64,000 nucleotides of DNA from NCBI GenBank assembly GCA_036785375.1, contig JAWMAR010000070.1:3968001-4032000 (forward strand), read 5' to 3'. The notes under the pieces were generated by a model that searched no databases, was not told where the DNA came from, and saw only the letters and a list, made by a program, of their open reading frames with translations. Below, in pieces: positions 58,873 to 64,000 of the stretch. The translations under genes were made by a program, and so were the position numbers. Numbering within the stretch: position 1 is the first letter of the stretch; each line of letters opens with the position of its first letter. Source of the stretch: Leucoraja ocellata. Lineage: Eukaryota.

Positions 58873-59193
58873 TTTCAGATGCAGTGTGGGCAGAGACGGT
58901 TGTAAGAGGAGTTGTGGGAAGAGCGATCACAATCGACTGTCACTATGCAGCAGAGTACCGCTCACACACAAAATACTGGTGCCGTGGGAGGAATCGCTCG
59001 TGTACAGTTTTAGTGGAAGCAAATGGGCAACACGGACGGAGTGGAAGAGTGTCAATCACAGATATACCGGCACTAAGAATATTTGCTGTGACTGTGGAGG
59101 ATCTTCACTCTGGAGATACAGGATGGTACAGCTGTGGAATTACTACACCTGGCGACCGTCCAATATTTAACGTACATCTCCAAGTATCTGACG
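58873..59193 (+). CDS. Gene D, V3 exon
   Basis: cctcag| acceptor; GACG|gtacgt donor. Confidence 0.88.
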
Positions 59194-60689
59194 GTACGTT
59201 TCGCAGCGATTGACTTGACGTCTCCACTGAAATGCCTTATCTATGTTCTCTCCGGGAAGGGTCAGGGCAGCACCGATATCCCGAGGCTCCGCAGCAGTGC
59301 AGAGACCTGCGGAGAACGGGCGGGGGTCGGGAAACCCCACTCATGTTGCTCTCACCCAGTGCGGGCTCTGTCCCACTGAGCGGCCACCCACTTCAAGTGG
59401 GATGCTCAACACATTTCCCTGCCTCTGAACTGTATGAAATGTCACCCTGTCAGAGGTTTGCATTCCGACTCAAACTAATAATCCGACAGACTCCGCAACT
59501 CCCTGGCCAATTCGTCCTTTCCCACCCAGTCCCCAGATACCTTCTCCTACAACTGCAGGATATGCAACACCAGTCCCTATATATCTCCCCCTCTACTCCG
59601 TCCAAGGCTCCAACAGTATTTCCGGGTGAGTCAGAGGTTCACTTGCATCTCTTCTAACCTCATCTACTATATCCGCTGTTCCAGGTGTGAACAAACAGAT
59701 ACAGTAGATGGGAGACCCAACGCAGGCTCGGTGATCGTTTCGCTGAACAATTCCGCACAGTGTTCCTCAGCCTACGCTACATCCCGATTGCAAAACACCT
59801 TTATTCCCCCTCCCATTCCCAAACTGATCTTTCTGTCCCGGACCTCCTCCCCTGCAGAGTGAGGCCAAAAGCAAATTGGAGGAACAGTGCCTCATATTTC
59901 GCTTGGGCAGCTTACAACCCAGCGGTTTGAATATTGACTTCTCTAACTTCAAGTAACCCTTGCTTTACTCCTGTCTCCATCCCGCCCCATCCGAAGCCTC
60001 CAATTATTTTCACTGCCCTCCAGATTATATTTTACTGATTCTATGCCTTCCCTTCAGCTGACAATGATCCATTCTACATTTTTAAAAACATTTTCACCTT
60101 TGATCACTTGTTTTCACACCGTACCCTTCCATTTCTCTTCTGTCTCCCTTTCTCATGGTTCTCAGGCTGAAGAAGGGTCACGATTCGAAACGTCACCCAT
60201 TCCTTCTCTCCAAAGATGCTGCCTAATCCGCCGAGTTACTCCTGCATTTTGTGTCTATCTTAAAGGGACGTAACATCCCAACATATGTTCTGAGGGGCAA
60301 CATTTTCCACACATTGGGTGATATTTATATAGAACCTGCTGCCAGGGGAAGGTGTTAAGGCAGTTAGAATAGCAGCATTTAAAATATTTTTTTGATATTT
60401 GCGTAGATTGGGATCATTGCGAGTGATAAGGGAGAAACGTGGACATATGGAAATGGTCCAGAAAGACATGTTGGTCGGCATGAATGGGCTGTTGTGATGG
60501 GCATCTTTCGGTTCTCTATAACTCTAACCTTCTTCAGTTTCTGGGCTTCGCACACTCACAGAGATGTAGATGAGCCAGTGAGATATCAACCGGACGGTTC
60601 GGGCTGAGATAAAGGGCTGTTGAGATTCAGCATGTGTTTGGTTTTTAACTGTTCATACAGGTGACTGAATGTTTGCTCCATTCCCACAG

Positions 60690-61010
60690 AACCCATGTCT
60701 GCTCCTGTGCTCAGATATCTGTCACCAGCAAATGCCTCACATCTCGGAGGCTCAGTGTCAGTGTCGTGTGAGTCTGTCCGTGGATCCCTTCCCATCCATT
60801 ACACATGGTTTGAGAAGAACGAGCATTGGGTTTCAACTACCGTGTCTGGCAATCAACTGGATCTGAGTTGTGAAATCCTCGAAGGTCAACATCGTCAATA
60901 TTACTGCACAGCCTCAAATAATCGTGGGACAAAATCCAGTGAAATACTCAACGTGAAAGTCTTCAAAGGAGCAGGAACGTGCAGTTATGTGACAGAAATC
61001 AACAATGCAA
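60690..61010 (+). CDS. Gene D, first C2-type Ig exon
   Basis: cccacag| acceptor; GCAA|gtgagt donor. Confidence 0.88.
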
Positions 61011-62216
61011 GTGAGTGTTCTTCTCGTGTCCCTGAACCTGCTGCTATTCGCCTTGTGATGATGTTCATGGATTTCTTGTTATTTGCAGACGGCATCATTG
61101 CAGCCACCGGGAGCTCATGGTGTAAAATGCGAGAGTTTGTTTGGGGGACTGGTAAATGATTGCCTGTTGCTTTCACCTGGGAGGTGTTGAGAAATTTCAG
61201 CAAATGAGAGAAATACCTGCGGGTTGAGTGCATTCCATCAACATTATTTTCTGGCTGCCGCATTTTGAGACAGAGAAAGAAACCAAATTCATTCTGTTTG
61301 GATCCATCATCAGTTATAACCAATGATGTACAATTTCATGATCATGTTCATGATTTTAACTCTGTTAATTTGTGTTAAACTCCAGTAATCTCACAAAATT
61401 AAATTGGAATCTACTTGGCCGTCACTCCATCAAGTATAACCCTTACTTTTGTCAAAGATAATTTTGAAAAGAACTTCCCTGTAGGTGTGGAGACGCTCAT
61501 ATTGGAAGTCCAGAAGAGGGTGTGAATGGTTTACATCAGCGAGACCAATTTTATACAAGGCCAGTTCTTCTTAAACTATTACAGAGTCATTCACCCTTGA
61601 GTCTTTATTACAAGATTTAATTCACCCTCCACTATATGTTCTTATGTTCTTTTGGTTATTATCATCTTATTTTCACTTGTGCATAATTTTTATAGATAAT
61701 TGATTTTGTCGCATGAGCAAAAAACATAAATTAACTAATTTACGCCAAAATAATTTCATTCGCCCTTGGGTGAACCATTCATCAGTTTAAGAAGCACTGG
61801 CCTAGGCTACAATTTCGCCGAACACTTATGTTTGGTTTGTCATGACCCAGAATCGCGCATGATAGACACCCCATCCTCAACCTCGCCCGCTGATGCAGAG
61901 CAGCAGCAGTTTGCACCATCTGCACGATGCACTGCAGTAACTCACCAAGACTCCCTAGACAGCGCCTTCCAATTGCAAGAGGCTCCGTGTTCAATGCATC
62001 ATTCTTCACCATTCACACCCACATTGGCTGGGAAGCGCTTTGGAACGACCTGTGCAGGTGGTGAGGGCCGGTGTACAGTATCTGTCTCTCATCGCAATCT
62101 AGGTGGAATTCAACACAGCTAAGAAAATGAGTCGGCGGACTCCCTTGTATACTAGAATGTGTATGTTTGTGAAAGGCTAATTTTGCTCTTCAATTTATGA
62201 AAGTTGTTTCCTTCAG

Positions 62217-62534
62217 TTTCAGGCGCACTGTGGGCTGAGAGCGAAGTGCGAGGGGTTGTGGGAAGAACGATCTCAATCGATTGTCACTATGCAGCAGTGT
62301 ACCGCTCACACACAAAATACTGGTGCCGTGAGACAAGCCGCCAGTGTACACATGTAGTGGAAACAAATGGGAAACGTGGACAGAGCGGAAGAGTGTCAAT
62401 CACAGATAACCCGGCACGAGGAATATTTACTGTGACCGTGGAGGATATTCACTCTGGAGATACAGGATGGTACAGATGTGGAATTACTACACCTGGCGAA
62501 CCAACATTTAAAGTGCATCTCCAAGTATCTGAAG
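62217..62534 (+). CDS. Gene D, V4 exon
   Basis: ccttcag| acceptor; GAAG|gtaggt donor; KYWCRETSRQC. Confidence 0.9.
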
Positions 62535-63716
62535 GTAGGTTTCTCAGTGAGTGACTTGATGTCTCCACTTTGGCAACGGGCAAAATATTTGTTAGGTGGG
62601 AATCTGGTGCACAGTTCTGGTCGCCGCTTTATAAAACAAAAGATGTGAAAGGTTTGTAGAGTTTACAGAAACATGTTCACCCGGATATTTAGTAATATTT
62701 TACAAATGTAACATTGAAACTGATCCTGTGGCCCACAGAGTCCTCACCAACTAGCGATCACCGGTCACACTAGTTCTATGTTATTCCACTTCCCCATTCG
62801 CTCCCTGCACACAATTCTACAATACCGCCATTCACACACCTCATTAGTGCAACAGTATCACTATCAACTATTTTATGCAAGGAAATTAAAAAGTTGTCGA
62901 TAGTGATTCTGTTGCACTAATGAAGTGTTTGAATGTTGATATTGTAGAATTGTGGCAGAGGTTTAGATTAAAACATATTAACGGCAGATGCTGGAATTGT
63001 AAAACAAAGAGAGATGGTGCTGCTGTGTCCTGGCACAGTGGCAGACATGGTAGTTCTGGCAGCTGGGAGGATGGAGAGGCACAGAGATAATTAAATCTGG
63101 TAAATTGTGTGGAGAATGAGCAGGGAAGACTTACAAGGATGTTGCGATGACTTGAGGACCTGGCATACGGGGAGAGTTTGAGCAGATTGGGGTTTTATTT
63201 CTTGGAGCGCAGCAGGATGTGGGTTGATCTGATGGCAGGTAAAACATTATGCGAGGAATAGATCGAGTAAATACACAGAGTCTTTTACTCAGAGTAGGGG
63301 AATCCAGAACCGGAGGACATATGTTTAATATGAGGGGGGAATGATTTAACAAGAACCTAGGGAGTAATGTTTTTACATAAAGGTTGGTAGGTACATGACA
63401 TGAACTGCCGACAGAAGTAGTTATGGCAGGTACTATCGTAACATTTAAGAAAATATTGGACAGTTATATGAATATGATATGTTTAGAGGATTAAGGGCCA
63501 AGAAAGGGCAGGTGGAACTAGTGCAGATTGGGCGTGTTGGTCAGCGCGGGCAAGTTAGACCGAAGGGCCTGTGTCTACGCTGCATGACTCTATGACTCTA
63601 TGTAGATGGATGGGTTAGATTCCAACTTGGCGTCTCTGGCTAAGATACAGAGATGGCGGATATTGGCGATTTTCAGATGTTTACTCAGTGTCTGACTGTT
63701 TGCTCCTTTCCCACAG

Positions 63717-64000
63717 AACCCGTGTCTGTTCCTGTGCTTGGATTCCTGTCACCAGCCAATGTTTCCTGTCTCGGGGGCTCAGTGACAGTGTCCTGTGAGT
63801 CGGTCCGGGGATCGCTTCCCATTAGCTACACCTGGTATGAAAAGACCCCATCTGGGGATTCAAAGATCTCAGACAACAGAGCCCTGGATCTACATTGTCA
63901 ATCCTTCAAACACCAGCACCATCAATATTCTTGCACAGCCTCAAATAATAATGGATCAAAATCCAGTGAAATGGTCAACGTGTCCATCTCCAGCAGTGAC
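63717..64000 (+). CDS. Gene D, membrane-proximal C2-type Ig exon (truncated by window end)
   Basis: cccacag|AACCC; near identical to 21684-22004. Confidence 0.88.

Overview
This is vertebrate genomic DNA, most likely from a skate or ray (inferred from the CR1, Penelope-like and tRNA-SINE repeat types; not confirmed). It holds a head-to-tail + strand array of four paralogous multi-exon Ig-superfamily receptor genes, called A-D here. A is 5'-truncated (ends 8207), B is 12648-28262, C is 31099-50453, and D starts at 54314 and is 3'-truncated. The deduced full architecture is leader, V1, V2, V3, C, V4, C, short Cys-containing stalk, transmembrane segment with an Arg, and a short tail with no Tyr. 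The V domains carry the CD300/pIgR signature (CxY...KYWC-x6-C...DTGWYxCG). The C2-type domains carry a CESVRGSLPIxYxW motif like FCRL/PECAM1/allergin-1. This fits a skate MDIR/CD300-pIgR-like family of putatively activating receptors. All Ig exons are phase 1-1 cassettes, and gene C has lost V1 through a 749-bp deletion. The array is a ~41-42 kb two-gene higher-order repeat (A~C, B~D) with signs of sequence exchange between copies. Four copy-specific CR1 LINE insertions are present, one near full length. Older L1, L2, CR1, Penelope-like and SINE fragments are shared between copies. Exon boundaries were read by eye from splice consensus, phase and paralog comparison; no transcript data or searches were available.
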